Assembly: GCA_028278035.1 (NCBI GenBank)
Contig: JANQFC010000027.1
Location: 74,289-138,288, forward strand
Direction: 5' to 3'
Length of the DNA stretch: 64,000 bases
Source of the DNA: Chlamydiales bacterium
GTDB taxonomy: Bacteria; Chlamydiota; Chlamydiia; Chlamydiales; SM23-39
Within the stretch, counting starts at the first letter, position 1; each line of letters opens with the position of its first letter. The notes beneath the pieces are model-generated. The model did no database searches, was not told where the DNA came from, and saw nothing but the letters and a program-made list of their open reading frames with translations. Positions 18,798 to 28,255 of this stretch are shown piece by piece. Made by a program: the position numbers and the translations under genes.

Positions 18798-18983
18798 ATG
18801 TTAAAAAGAAAAAGAAGAAAAACAAAAGCTAAGAAAACTAAAGTAAGAAGAAAAAGAAGAAAAGTAGCTAAAAAACCAGCTAAGAGAAAAACTAAAAGAA
18901 AAACAAGAAGAAAAGTAGCTAAGAAAAAACCAGCTAAAAAAACTAAAGTAAGAAGAAAAAGAAGAAAAAAAACAAAAGCTTAA
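18798..18983 (+). CDS. Lys/Arg-rich histone-like nucleoid protein (chlamydial Hc-like)
   Basis: 61 aa, almost entirely K/R/A/T/P, with internal repeats (KTKVRRKRRK twice, RRKVAKK twice). Strong SD AAGGAGG 5 nt upstream of the ATG and a perfect terminator hairpin downstream. Confidence 0.7.
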   Translation: MLKRKRRKTKAKKTKVRRKRRKVAKKPAKRKTKRKTRRKVAKKKPAKKTKVRRKRRKKTKA

Positions 18984-19016
18984 GTAAACTTTTTATTCTT
19001 AAACCTTTAAAATTCC

Positions 19017-19051
19017 AAATCGAGTAGTTCCCAAGATCTACTCGATTTTTT
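19017..19051. terminator. Bidirectional terminator hairpin between convergent genes
   Basis: Perfect stem ATCGAGTAG (19019-19027) / CTACTCGAT (19038-19046), extendable by flanking A-T pairs, followed by TTTTTT. Confidence 0.8.
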
Positions 19052-19382
19052 ATTCAGAAGAAATTCTAAAAATCTTAATTATTTCAAAAACGAATATAAA
19101 AATACTAATAGCACTCATTATTCCTTGAAAAAACAAATGGGTTTGAGAAAAATTATATCCATAAAATATTGCTAATAAAAGAGATAAAATAGCTGCTGAA
19201 TAAAAAGAGAACATCATTTCTTTTAGCATGAATAAAGAGCTAATAAATAAAATTATTCCGAGAAAAACCTCTACAAAAAGTGAAATTGTCATGTCTGCAT
19301 ATCTGAAAGACATTATGCCGCCTAATATCACTATTAATGAATATAGTAGTGTCATGTAAGCTGTTGTTTTCATATTATTCAC
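19050..19382 (-). CDS. Small 4-TM membrane protein, TMEM14 (UPF0136)-like
   Basis: 110 aa with four hydrophobic helices. The ILGGIMSF...ISLFVE and YGYNFSQTHLFFQGI segments line up by eye with the GGIIGY...PSLAAG and RFYHSGKFMPAGL blocks of TMEM14 proteins. GTG start overlaps the upstream stop (GTGA); an alternative ATG lies at 19373. Confidence 0.45.
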   Translation of the reverse strand: MNNMKTTAYMTLLYSLIVILGGIMSFRYADMTISLFVEVFLGIILFISSLFMLKEMMFSFYSAAILSLLLAIFYGYNFSQTHLFFQGIMSAISIFIFVFEIIKIFRISSE

Positions 19383-19915
19383 CTTATATTAATGTACATA
19401 TTAAATCCTATGATAAAAGCAGCCCAAATGGAACAAAATGAAAATATATAGGATCCTATACTATACTTTTTCCAAAATAATACATTTGTAATAGTGCATA
19501 TTGGTAATATAAACAAGCCGACTAAAAAAGATAGATAGCTGTTTTGATATGAAAAAAATAAATAAGCCCAAAGAATTACAATGCTTTGAAATAATAAGAA
19601 GATAGTGGCTTCTAATTTCAGGTCTTTAATTAAAAAATTTTTCCAGATACTGAAAAAACTAATAAAGCTTAGTGAATAAAATAGTAGAAAGCTTATTGAA
19701 AAAATCTTTTTTACTGACCATAATTTGAAAGAATAATCACTTAAGAAAAATAACGTAAATGCCTGAAATGTAAATGCAATAGTTAAAAAAATAAAAAATC
19801 CAAGCAGTTTTTCAGAAAGTGACCTTTTCTTTTTTAAAGTTATTTGGTTTGATTGATCTAATATTGACATAATATTTAAAAAATTGGTTGGTTGTTCATT
19901 ATTGAGATAGTTCAT
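19379..19915 (-). CDS. Polytopic membrane protein, TspO/MBR-like (tentative)
   Basis: 178 aa with about 5 TM helices. The C-terminal half ILWAYLFFSYQ...LFWKKY...FCSIWAAFIIGFNMY resembles the TspO blocks NxLWxxxFF and PYLxWxxxAxxLN. The N-terminal TspO motifs are not evident. Confidence 0.4.
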   Translation of the reverse strand: MNYLNNEQPTNFLNIMSILDQSNQITLKKKRSLSEKLLGFFIFLTIAFTFQAFTLFFLSDYSFKLWSVKKIFSISFLLFYSLSFISFFSIWKNFLIKDLKLEATIFLLFQSIVILWAYLFFSYQNSYLSFLVGLFILPICTITNVLFWKKYSIGSYIFSFCSIWAAFIIGFNMYINIR

Positions 19916-19973
19916 TTTTAATTAATTCTCAAGAAATACAAGTATTTTTTTTATAAACATATTTAGACAAGAT

Positions 19974-20654
19974 ATGAAAAATCGGATAAAATACTTGCAA
20001 AAACATGGTAAACATATGATAAAAACAGATATTTACTCAAAAGATAATTTAGATTTTAAAAGCTATCAAAAAATAGCGCAAATAGCTAATAATGGGGATG
20101 TTATAGCCTTTCCCACGGAAACTGTTTATGGTCTTGGCGCTAATATTTTTTGTGTTGATGCCATTCAAAAAATATATGAGCTGAAAAATAGGCCTAAAAA
20201 TAAAGCTTTGATAGTTCATATTTCAAAAATTGAAGATGTTTTAAAAGTAGCTAGAGAAATTCCTAAAGATTTTTATAAATTGGCAAACCGGTTTTTTCCC
20301 GGTCCTTTGACGGTTATTTTAAAAAGACATCCCAAAGTGCCGGATATTATCTGTAGAGAAGATACCGTTGCTGTACGTATGCCTGACAACGACATTGCCC
20401 GGCAATTGATCGATTATATTAAAGAGCCGATTGTAGGTACTTCTGCAAATATTTCTAACGAGAAAAGTCCTGTTTGTTTGGAGGATGTTAAAAATACGTT
20501 TTTTAATAAACTGCCAGTAATAATTGATGGAGGCAGATGTCCTGTGCAAATCCCGTCTACAATTATTGATTTAACCAAAGATAAATACGAGATTTTAAGA
20601 GCTGGATCTATTTCGTTGGACGAAATCCAAGAAGTGCTGAAAAAAGACTTTTAA
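19974..20654 (+). CDS. tsaC: L-threonylcarbamoyladenylate synthase (YrdC/Sua5-domain, TsaC-type)
   Basis: VIAFPTETVYGLGANIF, KNRPKNKALIVHI, PGPLTVIL, VAVRMP, TSANISNE blocks. The true start may be the internal Met at about 20016. Confidence 0.85.
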   Translation: MKNRIKYLQKHGKHMIKTDIYSKDNLDFKSYQKIAQIANNGDVIAFPTETVYGLGANIFCVDAIQKIYELKNRPKNKALIVHISKIEDVLKVAREIPKDFYKLANRFFPGPLTVILKRHPKVPDIICREDTVAVRMPDNDIARQLIDYIKEPIVGTSANISNEKSPVCLEDVKNTFFNKLPVIIDGGRCPVQIPSTIIDLTKDKYEILRAGSISLDEIQEVLKKDF

Positions 20655-20686
20655 TCAAAATATTTAACATGTTTTAATTATTTGTT

Positions 20687-21241
20687 ATGAAAGATGAAGA
20701 GATAATAGAACCATCAGAAATTATAGTAGATCAACCGGAAGTTGAAGAAGCAGATTATTCCCATGTTAATCCGTGGATAAGGTTTTTGGCCAGATTATTT
20801 GATTATGCTTTCTTTGGCCTTGTCTGTTTTATTTTTGCAAAATTTCTTCCTTTGTTTGGTCTGGCTTTTCAAAAAGAGTATTTAATTCCTCTGCAGTTTG
20901 TTTTATGGATACCTGTAGAAGCTATTTTTATTAGTCATTTTAAGGCAACCCCGGGAAAACTTATTTTGAAAACCCAAGTTAAAGATGTATCAGGAAATAA
21001 ACTGAGTTATAAAAAAGCTTTGATCAGGAGTTTCGCTGTCTGGTTCAGGGGTATTGGAATGGGCATTCCTATTATCAATTTTTTTGCTATGTTTTTTGCT
21101 TTTTATCGATTGAAAATAAACCATATAACTTCTTGGGACAAAGACGAAAATATAAAAATTACACATAAAAGCATAAAGCCTATAAGACTTGGTCTTGCGG
21201 TTGGTTTTATAATCTTGTGTGTGTTTTTAGAGTTTTTATAA
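20687..21241 (+). CDS. RDD-family membrane protein
   Basis: Acidic N-terminus, then WIRFLARLFDYAFF plus 3 TM helices, typical of RDD-domain proteins. Confidence 0.6.
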   Translation: MKDEEIIEPSEIIVDQPEVEEADYSHVNPWIRFLARLFDYAFFGLVCFIFAKFLPLFGLAFQKEYLIPLQFVLWIPVEAIFISHFKATPGKLILKTQVKDVSGNKLSYKKALIRSFAVWFRGIGMGIPIINFFAMFFAFYRLKINHITSWDKDENIKITHKSIKPIRLGLAVGFIILCVFLEFL

Positions 21242-21306
21242 AAAATTCTTTGCAATTTGCTTGTATTCTTTATATATCTAAAAGATAAACAATTTAACTA
21301 ACTATC

Positions 21307-24033
21307 ATGACAGATTATAAATTTGATCCTTCTTTAAATATTTTATACAAAGAACACCATAATTTGGATTATGTTTTTGATCCTAAAAGCATAGCTGTAA
21401 TAGGAGCTACTGATAGGGACGGAAGTGTGGGCAAAACTCTTTTGGATAATTTGCTGCAGAAATTCACAGGTAAAATTTATCCTGTTAATCCTAAGAAAGA
21501 TAAGATTTTAGGACTTAAAGCTTATAAAAGTATAAAGGACATTAAAGATACTATAGAGCTATGTGTAATTGCAACTCCTGCCAAAACAGTTCCAAGTATT
21601 ATAAAAGAAGCAGTGGAAGCAAAAATTCCTGCTGCAGTTATTATATCTGCGGGTTTTAAAGAGTTAGGAGAGCCCGGTATAAAACTTGAAAAAGAAATAA
21701 TGAAGCATGCCAAAGGTAAAATGAGAATAATCGGACCTAACTGTTTAGGGGTTATGAATCCCATTAATGGCCTTAATGCTACATTTGCAGCTGAAATGGC
21801 AAATAAGGGAAATATTGCTTTTATAAGTCAGTCAGGAGCCTTATGTACAGCTGTACTGGATTGGAGCTTAAAAGAAAAAGTAGGATTTAGCTCTTTTGTA
21901 TCAATCGGTTCTATGTTAGATGTTAACTGGGGGGATTTGATTTATTATTTTGGAAATGATCCTAATACCAAGAGCATACTGATATATATGGAAAGTATTG
22001 GTGATCCCAGATATTTTTTATCAGCAGCAAGAGAAGTGGCTCTTACAAAACCGATAATTTTAATTAAAGCCGGAAGGACTAAAGAATCAGCTCAAGCTGC
22101 AGCTTCACATACAGGCGCTTTAGCTGGCAGTGATGAAGTGTTAAATGCAGCTTTAAGAAGAGTGGGTATTTTAAGGGTTTATAATATTTCGGATTTATTT
22201 AATATGGCCGAAGTATTATCAAAGCAGCCTATTCCAAAAGGGCCAAATTTGGTTATTATTACAAATGCCGGAGGGCCTGGAGTAATAGCGACAGATGCAT
22301 TAGTGGAATCTCAGGGACAGATTGCAAAGCTTTCTAAAAAAAGCTATGATGAGCTAAACAACTTTTTACCGGAGGCTTGGAGCCATAATAATCCGGTAGA
22401 TTTATTAGGAGACGCTACTGCGGATTTATATGCCAAGAGTGTGGACATTTTATCAAAAGATGAAAATGTAGATGGTATTTTAGTAATCTTGACCCCTCAA
22501 TACATGACAGATCCAAAGGGAGTTGCTGAAAAACTCAAAAAATATTCCAGATTAGATTCCAAACCTTTATTGGCTTCTTGGATGGGAGCAAAGGTTGTAG
22601 AAGATGGAATGAAAATATTAGCAGATGAAGGAATACCTTCATTTAATTATCCGGATAATGCCTGTAAGGCATTTTCCTATATGCATTCATATAGCTACAA
22701 TTTAAAAGGGATTTATGAGACGCCTGTGCAGGAAAGCAAAAAGCTGTTTGATAAAAAGGTGATCGCAAAACATAAAAAAGTATCAGATATCATTCAAAAA
22801 GCCAAAAAGGAAAACCGATTTTTATTAGATGAATATGAATCTAAAAAAGTATTGAAAGCATATGACATTCCGGTTGTTGAAACCAACATAGCTAAAAACG
22901 CAGAAGAAGCTGCAGAGTTAGCTGAAAAAATCGGTTTTCCTATAGTTTTAAAGCTATATTCCAAAACTATCACCCATAAAACTGATGTTGGAGGCGTAAA
23001 GCTTAACTTAACGAATAAACAAGAAGTCAAAAGCGCTTTTTTAGATATTTATAATTCCGTAAAAAAAGCCGCTAATGCAAGTGATTTTCAGGGAGTAACT
23101 GTTCAGCCTATGATAAAACTAGAGGGTTATGAATTAATACTCGGTTCTTCAATAGACCATGAGTTTGGCCCTGTTTTATTATTTGGAACGGGAGGACAGC
23201 TGGTGGAAATTTTTCAAGATAAGTCTTTAGCGCTTCCGCCTTTGACCTCTACTTTAGCTAAAAGAATGATGGAGCAGACAAAGATATTTAAAGCCCTTCA
23301 GGGAACAAGGGGAAGGGAAACGGTAAATATAGAAGAAATGGAAAGGATATTGGTTCGATTTAGTAATCTTATTGTTGAGTATCCTGAGATTAAAGAATTT
23401 GATATAAATCCATTATTGGCATCTTCTGATAAGATAATAGCATTGGACGCTAGAATTATTCTGCATAAAACAGATGAAAGGCCAGCTCAGCTGGCTATTA
23501 GGCCGTATCCGCTTCACTATGTTACAAACTGGAGCTTAAAGGATGAAACTGAGGTAATAATCAGACCCATTATTCCTGAAGATGAACCTTTGGTTAAAAA
23601 ATTTTATCAAGATATTTCGGAAAAATCATTAAAACAAAGGTATTTAAAAGTCCTGCATTATGATGAGCTTATAGCTCATGATAGATTAGTTAGAATTTGT
23701 TTTAATGATTATGATAAGGAAATAGCGATTGTAACAGAGCTGGATCAAAAAGATTCCAGAGAAATTTTAGCAATAGCAAGACTTTCCAAACTTGCAGGGA
23801 CCGATGACGCTACTTTTGCAATTTTAGTAAAAGATAAATGGCAGAAGCGCGGCATTGGAAAGAAGCTGCTTAGCTCACTAATTGATATAGCTAAAGAAGA
23901 AGGTATCGAATATCTTATATCTTCCATGTTTACAGATAACGTCTCTATGCAGAAGATTTGCAGGGATTTGGGTTTTAAAATAAAAAAATCTCAAAAATCT
24001 ACAGTTGTTATTGCTGAGCTTGATTTGAAATAA
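21307..24033 (+). CDS. Pat-like protein: ADP-forming acetyl-CoA synthetase-like domains fused to a C-terminal GNAT acetyltransferase
   Basis: 908 aa. CoA-binding start [15 protein letters not shown], ligase-CoA blocks (IGPNCLG, ISQSGAL), ATP-grasp segment ([13 protein letters not shown]...VLKLYS...[10 protein letters not shown]), GNAT motif [11 protein letters not shown] near the C-terminus. Confidence 0.85.
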   Translation: MTDYKFDPSLNILYKEHHNLDYVFDPKSIAVIGATDRDGSVGKTLLDNLLQKFTGKIYPVNPKKDKILGLKAYKSIKDIKDTIELCVIATPAKTVPSIIKEAVEAKIPAAVIISAGFKELGEPGIKLEKEIMKHAKGKMRIIGPNCLGVMNPINGLNATFAAEMANKGNIAFISQSGALCTAVLDWSLKEKVGFSSFVSIGSMLDVNWGDLIYYFGNDPNTKSILIYMESIGDPRYFLSAAREVALTKPIILIKAGRTKESAQAAASHTGALAGSDEVLNAALRRVGILRVYNISDLFNMAEVLSKQPIPKGPNLVIITNAGGPGVIATDALVESQGQIAKLSKKSYDELNNFLPEAWSHNNPVDLLGDATADLYAKSVDILSKDENVDGILVILTPQYMTDPKGVAEKLKKYSRLDSKPLLASWMGAKVVEDGMKILADEGIPSFNYPDNACKAFSYMHSYSYNLKGIYETPVQESKKLFDKKVIAKHKKVSDIIQKAKKENRFLLDEYESKKVLKAYDIPVVETNIAKNAEEAAELAEKIGFPIVLKLYSKTITHKTDVGGVKLNLTNKQEVKSAFLDIYNSVKKAANASDFQGVTVQPMIKLEGYELILGSSIDHEFGPVLLFGTGGQLVEIFQDKSLALPPLTSTLAKRMMEQTKIFKALQGTRGRETVNIEEMERILVRFSNLIVEYPEIKEFDINPLLASSDKIIALDARIILHKTDERPAQLAIRPYPLHYVTNWSLKDETEVIIRPIIPEDEPLVKKFYQDISEKSLKQRYLKVLHYDELIAHDRLVRICFNDYDKEIAIVTELDQKDSREILAIARLSKLAGTDDATFAILVKDKWQKRGIGKKLLSSLIDIAKEEGIEYLISSMFTDNVSMQKICRDLGFKIKKSQKSTVVIAELDLK

Positions 24034-24077
24034 GTGATAATCATAAAAATTTCACGCCTAAATAAACTAAAGGTTAC

Positions 24078-24560
24078 TCAGTTTGTTTTTTTTGCGTTCA
24101 TCAAGGCTGAATAGCAAAGAATTGCTATTATCGGAAAAAATATATTAGCAGCTAAAAATACACCGGCTTTTGGCTGAAAATCATTATTTATTACCAAGTG
24201 CATAATATAGCCGATTACATTTCCCCAATAAAAAATGGAGTTTCCAATAATAGTTGACAACCAGTAATGTTTCATTTTTACCCAAAAGCAGGATATAGCC
24301 AAGGATCCTAAAGCTAAATTAGCTATACCTACACTATACTCAAAAATACATCCTGAGTTCCAGCCGATATATTGAGCTGATTTGATAGGAAAAAATATTA
24401 AAAAAAATGCTTTTGTTAAGTTATTTATTCCAAACGAAAAAAACAAGAGATAAGCCAGGAAAAGCTCTATTAGCAACTTTTTGTTTTTAGGTCTTTTGGT
24501 ATAATATAAATGCAGAAAAAATCCTATTATAGTGAATATAAACGAGTATAAGGGTATCAT
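24078..24560 (-). CDS. Hypothetical polytopic membrane protein
   Basis: 160 aa with about 5 hydrophobic helices. No family recognised. Confidence 0.5.
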   Translation of the reverse strand: MIPLYSFIFTIIGFFLHLYYTKRPKNKKLLIELFLAYLLFFSFGINNLTKAFFLIFFPIKSAQYIGWNSGCIFEYSVGIANLALGSLAISCFWVKMKHYWLSTIIGNSIFYWGNVIGYIMHLVINNDFQPKAGVFLAANIFFPIIAILCYSALMNAKKTN

Positions 24561-24751
24561 TTTAGCAGCTCCTTTTAATCCTCACATAGCATTTTCGTAA
24601 AATAATTAAAATTATTATTTTACAAAGTTATTATATATTAATTATTTTATTTAGTTTGTAAGTGGTTGATAATTAATGCACTTCAATTATATTCTATTAT
24701 TATGCTATTTATAGTATAATAGATAGTATAATTTAAATAATTGGACCAAAT

Positions 24752-25606
24752 ATGAAGGCTGCTAAAGTCAAAATAAAAGATCCTGTTAAAACCGATATTG
24801 AAGACAGTATTAGAGTAATGTCTTTTAATATAAGATGGAAAGGGTGTGAACAGAAAAAAGAGCCTATTAAAAACTGTTGGCATGCAAGACGTGAAAATGT
24901 GGCCAGTATGATCCGTTTTCATCACATGGACTTAATTGGGATACAAGAGCCTACTAAAGATCAGATTGATGATTTAGATGAATTGTTATCAGATTATGAT
25001 TGGCTTGGAGCGGGCTTGGATGATGGAAAAAATAAAGGTCTGATCGATGCTATTTTTTATCTTAAAAACAGGTTCGAGCTTTTAGATAGTTCTTATTTTT
25101 ATTTATCTGAAACGCCGGATATACCGTCTATTGGCTGGAAAGCTAAATTTATAAGAGGAGTTACCTGGGCAAAATTTAAAGACAAAAAAACAAAACAAGA
25201 GTTTTATTTTTTCAATACCCATTTTGACTATCATTCTAAATTAGCAAGAAATAAGAGTGCGGAACTTTTAAAAAATAAGATTTTTGAAATATCCAAAAGT
25301 AAGCCTTTTGTCGTGACAGGAGATTTTAATATTTTTCCTGAATTAGGAGGGGAAGAGACTTATAAAATATTAACAAGAAATAATCACTTAATAGATGCTC
25401 ACTTCAAAACTATGTTTCCTCATCACGGACCCACAGGGTCATGGTCTGGATTTAAAGAGCCGGGACAGCCCGGGATCAAACCTGATTATATTTTTGTTGA
25501 TGGTAAGATAAAGGTGATATCTCACGGTATTTTAGCAGATACTTTTGATGGCAATTATCCATCGGATCACCTGCCTGTAATTGCTGAGTTAGATTTAAAA
25601 GCTTAA
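24752..25606 (+). CDS. Endonuclease/exonuclease/phosphatase (EEP) family protein
   Basis: EEP blocks VMSFNIRW, IGIQE, NTHFDY, VTGDFN, PSDHLPV. Confidence 0.8.
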   Translation: MKAAKVKIKDPVKTDIEDSIRVMSFNIRWKGCEQKKEPIKNCWHARRENVASMIRFHHMDLIGIQEPTKDQIDDLDELLSDYDWLGAGLDDGKNKGLIDAIFYLKNRFELLDSSYFYLSETPDIPSIGWKAKFIRGVTWAKFKDKKTKQEFYFFNTHFDYHSKLARNKSAELLKNKIFEISKSKPFVVTGDFNIFPELGGEETYKILTRNNHLIDAHFKTMFPHHGPTGSWSGFKEPGQPGIKPDYIFVDGKIKVISHGILADTFDGNYPSDHLPVIAELDLKA

Positions 25607-26352
25607 TCTTTTATAGCTTTTAATAAATCGTTTAACACTTCATCTTTTTGTTTTGTAGAATCAATATTATTTAATATGTTCTGATTTTTATAGTATTCAA
25701 TTAAAGGCTCGCTTTCAGCATGATATATTTCAATTCTTTTTCTAACCACTTCTTCTGTGTCGTCTTTTCTTTGATAAAGTTCTGCTTTACATTTATCGCA
25801 TTTGCCTTCAACTTTCGGTTTTAAATATGTTTTGTGAAAAGGGCATCCGCAGTTAGAGCATACTAGTCTGTTGGTTATCCTATCTATTAAAAGAGCGTCA
25901 TCAATTTGTAAATTTAAAGCTTTTACAATAGCCTTATTATGCAGTTTTTTGTTAAGTATTTCAGCTTGATTTATGGTTCTAGGAAAGCCATCTAAAATAT
26001 ATCCTTTTTTAAGGTTGTTTTGCTTAATATGATCAAAAAGCATTTCGATTACTAGACTATCCGGTGCTAATTGTCCGTTGTCAATTAATGTTTTTGCTTC
26101 TTTTCCGTACTTGGTTTGTTTTTTTATGTTTTCTCTAAATAAATCTCCTGTTGAAATATGAGGCAGGTGTAATTTGTATGAAAGTTCTTTTGCATGAGTT
26201 CCTTTACCGGCACCGGGCGGCCCTAACATAATAACAACGGTAGGTTGTTCTTTTTTAGATTTTAGCTGGAGGATAGAAAATACAGCTGCTATTACTATTA
26301 AAAAATAAATTAAACTTCTTTTCACAAGCACCTCTAAAAAATAAATTTTCAA
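25603..26352 (-). CDS. adk: Adenylate kinase with N-terminal hydrophobic signal/anchor extension
   Basis: P-loop GPPGAGKGT, Cys4 lid (CSNCGC...CDKC), GFPRT, DDTEEVVRKR. The first beta-strand (TVVIMLG) needs a start upstream of the only nearby ATG. All upstream in-frame starts (TTG 26352, GTG 26328, GTG 26322) include KRSLIYFLIVIAAVFSILQL. Confidence 0.9.
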   Translation of the reverse strand: MKIYFLEVLVKRSLIYFLIVIAAVFSILQLKSKKEQPTVVIMLGPPGAGKGTHAKELSYKLHLPHISTGDLFRENIKKQTKYGKEAKTLIDNGQLAPDSLVIEMLFDHIKQNNLKKGYILDGFPRTINQAEILNKKLHNKAIVKALNLQIDDALLIDRITNRLVCSNCGCPFHKTYLKPKVEGKCDKCKAELYQRKDDTEEVVRKRIEIYHAESEPLIEYYKNQNILNNIDSTKQKDEVLNDLLKAIKD

Positions 26353-26399
26353 AGGTATATTGTATATTAGATTATAAAAAAAATCAGCTCAAAAACAAA

Positions 26400-26828
26400 T
26401 TATGTAATATTGATATGACAGGTTTTTCCGGATTTAATTGAGTTTGTTACCGGACATATTTTTAATGCTTTCTCCAAAAATTCTCTTGCTTTTTCTTTAT
26501 CAGACGCTTCTTCCACATGTAAAGTGATTTCTAAGTTTTTCATGATAAGGCCATTGCCCGAATGACTTTTGTCCATACAGACTATTAAAGAGCCTGATAT
26601 TTTTTTAAACTGTATATTATTTTTTTCGCAAATGTCTTTATATACGGCAATTATACAGTTAAGTACAGCCAAACCATAGAGGTCTTCAGGAGAATATGCT
26701 TTTCCAGGACCATTGAATTCTGGGGGAATAGCAATTGATATTGGATCAAAATCTTTTGCCGAGCATGTCCATGGAGTAGAAATGTTTGGGACAGCTTCTG
26801 CCTTTACTTCGAATTTTAAGGGAAACAT
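26400..26828 (-). CDS. OsmC/Ohr-family peroxiredoxin-like protein
   Basis: SPEDLYGLAVLNCIIAVY and ICPVTNSI blocks carrying the two conserved Cys. I prefer the start at MFPLKF (26828); the ORF-track start at 26885 adds 19 aa. Confidence 0.75.
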   Translation of the reverse strand: MFPLKFEVKAEAVPNISTPWTCSAKDFDPISIAIPPEFNGPGKAYSPEDLYGLAVLNCIIAVYKDICEKNNIQFKKISGSLIVCMDKSHSGNGLIMKNLEITLHVEEASDKEKAREFLEKALKICPVTNSIKSGKTCHINIT

Positions 26829-26905
26829 AAAAATACCTATTTCAAATTTTTTCTTTATTGTGCAAAAGTTTATCTTTTTTTGCAAAATGTGATAAACTTT
26901 AAATC

Positions 26906-27526
26906 ATGAAAGAAAAAACTTATTTTAAGATTTTGATAGATGGAAAAATTAGAACCATCACTAAAAAACAGTTAGAGGATTTAGTTGAAATAGATTATTT
27001 ACCAAGCTTGACGTTTGATAAGCTGCAAATAAAAGAAAAAATAGAAAAAAAGTGTATGCAGGCCGCCCGGTATGGATATATGCAAAAAGAGCACCTGTGG
27101 TTTGGTGCTTATTATGAAAAAGAAATTATAAACCACATAATTCCTGATGTATATCTTAAATGGATAGATCCAATTAAAGAGTATGGCCTTTATGCATGCA
27201 AAGATATAAAAAAACATACATTTATGGGAGAATATACTGGGATAATTAGGCGATACAAGAATAAAATAGACGATAGAAATGCATACTGTTTTGAGTATTC
27301 CATAGGTCAAAAAAAAACACCATATACCATAGATGCCAGAGAAAAAGGCAGTTTGATTAGATTTGTAAATCATTCAGATACACCTAACCTATCTCCTTTA
27401 TCTGTTTATTTAGAGGGGGTAATGCATATTATTTTCAGATCAAATAAAGATATAAAAAAAGATGAAGAGCTCACTTACGATTATGGGCCCAATTATTGGA
27501 AAAGAAGAGAAAAACCGAAGGTATAA
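26906..27526 (+). CDS. SET-domain lysine methyltransferase (eukaryote-like)
   Basis: SET hallmarks GLYACKDIKKHTFMGEYTG, RFVNHSDTPN (NH motif), ELTYDYG (post-SET Tyr motif). Confidence 0.85.
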   Translation: MKEKTYFKILIDGKIRTITKKQLEDLVEIDYLPSLTFDKLQIKEKIEKKCMQAARYGYMQKEHLWFGAYYEKEIINHIIPDVYLKWIDPIKEYGLYACKDIKKHTFMGEYTGIIRRYKNKIDDRNAYCFEYSIGQKKTPYTIDAREKGSLIRFVNHSDTPNLSPLSVYLEGVMHIIFRSNKDIKKDEELTYDYGPNYWKRREKPKV

Positions 27527-27529
27527 GAT

Positions 27530-28255
27530 ATGACATTCATTATGGGAAAAAATACTGTTAAAGAGGTGATTAAACATAAGCCGGACATAGTAAAAACTGT
27601 TTTTGTTTCAGAAAATGTTAAAAGAGATACGGCAGATCTTTTAAGAAAAAATAATATTCCTATTCAGACCGTCAATAAAAAAATACTGTCCTCTTATGTG
27701 AAATCTGATTCTCATCAAGGATATGTTGCAGTTGTTAAATCCAGAAATTACATGGATATTAAGGAATTTATCGAAAAGTCTTATGATAAAGAACAATGTT
27801 TTGTGTTAATAGTAGATAGCATTTTTGATCCACAAAACTTTGGTTCTATTTTAAGAACGGCTGAATGTTTTGGTGTGGATCTTGTTGTTTTTTCTAAAAA
27901 CAGGGGAGCTGAAATTACTCCTGTTGTTACTAAGGCCGCATGTGGAGCCACAGAACTATTAAATATTTCCAAGGTATCAAATTTAGCTCAAACAGTAGAT
28001 CTTTTCAAAAAAGAGGGGTTTGATATTGCAGCATCTGTATTAGATAAAAAATCAGTAGATATTAATGATTTTGAGTACTCTAAAAAAACAGTTTTAATAG
28101 TTGGCTCTGAGGGAGAGGGAGTTCAGCCTTTATTAATAAAAAAATCCGATCATCTAATAAAAATTCCAATGATCGGTAAACTTCAGTCTTTAAATGTATC
28201 TCAAGCTAGCAGCGTTCTATTATATAAAAGGCTACTTGATTTGAGGCCATTTTAA
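27530..28255 (+). CDS. rlmB: SpoU/TrmH-family RNA 2'-O-methyltransferase, probably 23S rRNA Gm2251 methyltransferase
   Basis: N-terminal substrate-binding domain plus SpoU motifs DSIFDPQNFGSILRTAECFG, VGSEGEGV, SLNVSQASSVLLY. Confidence 0.75.
   Translation: MTFIMGKNTVKEVIKHKPDIVKTVFVSENVKRDTADLLRKNNIPIQTVNKKILSSYVKSDSHQGYVAVVKSRNYMDIKEFIEKSYDKEQCFVLIVDSIFDPQNFGSILRTAECFGVDLVVFSKNRGAEITPVVTKAACGATELLNISKVSNLAQTVDLFKKEGFDIAASVLDKKSVDINDFEYSKKTVLIVGSEGEGVQPLLIKKSDHLIKIPMIGKLQSLNVSQASSVLLYKRLLDLRPF

Noticed and set aside
18798-18983. The Lys/Arg-rich ORF as a low-complexity artefact of A-rich DNA
   Set aside because: I considered this but kept the ORF as a gene. It has a perfect AAGGAGG SD at correct spacing, an ATG start, a perfect downstream terminator and a repeat structure like that of known histone-like proteins.
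24683-24925. 80-aa minus-strand ORF spanning the intergenic region and the start of the EEP gene
   Set aside because: It overlaps a motif-supported gene and AT-rich spacer and has low-complexity composition.
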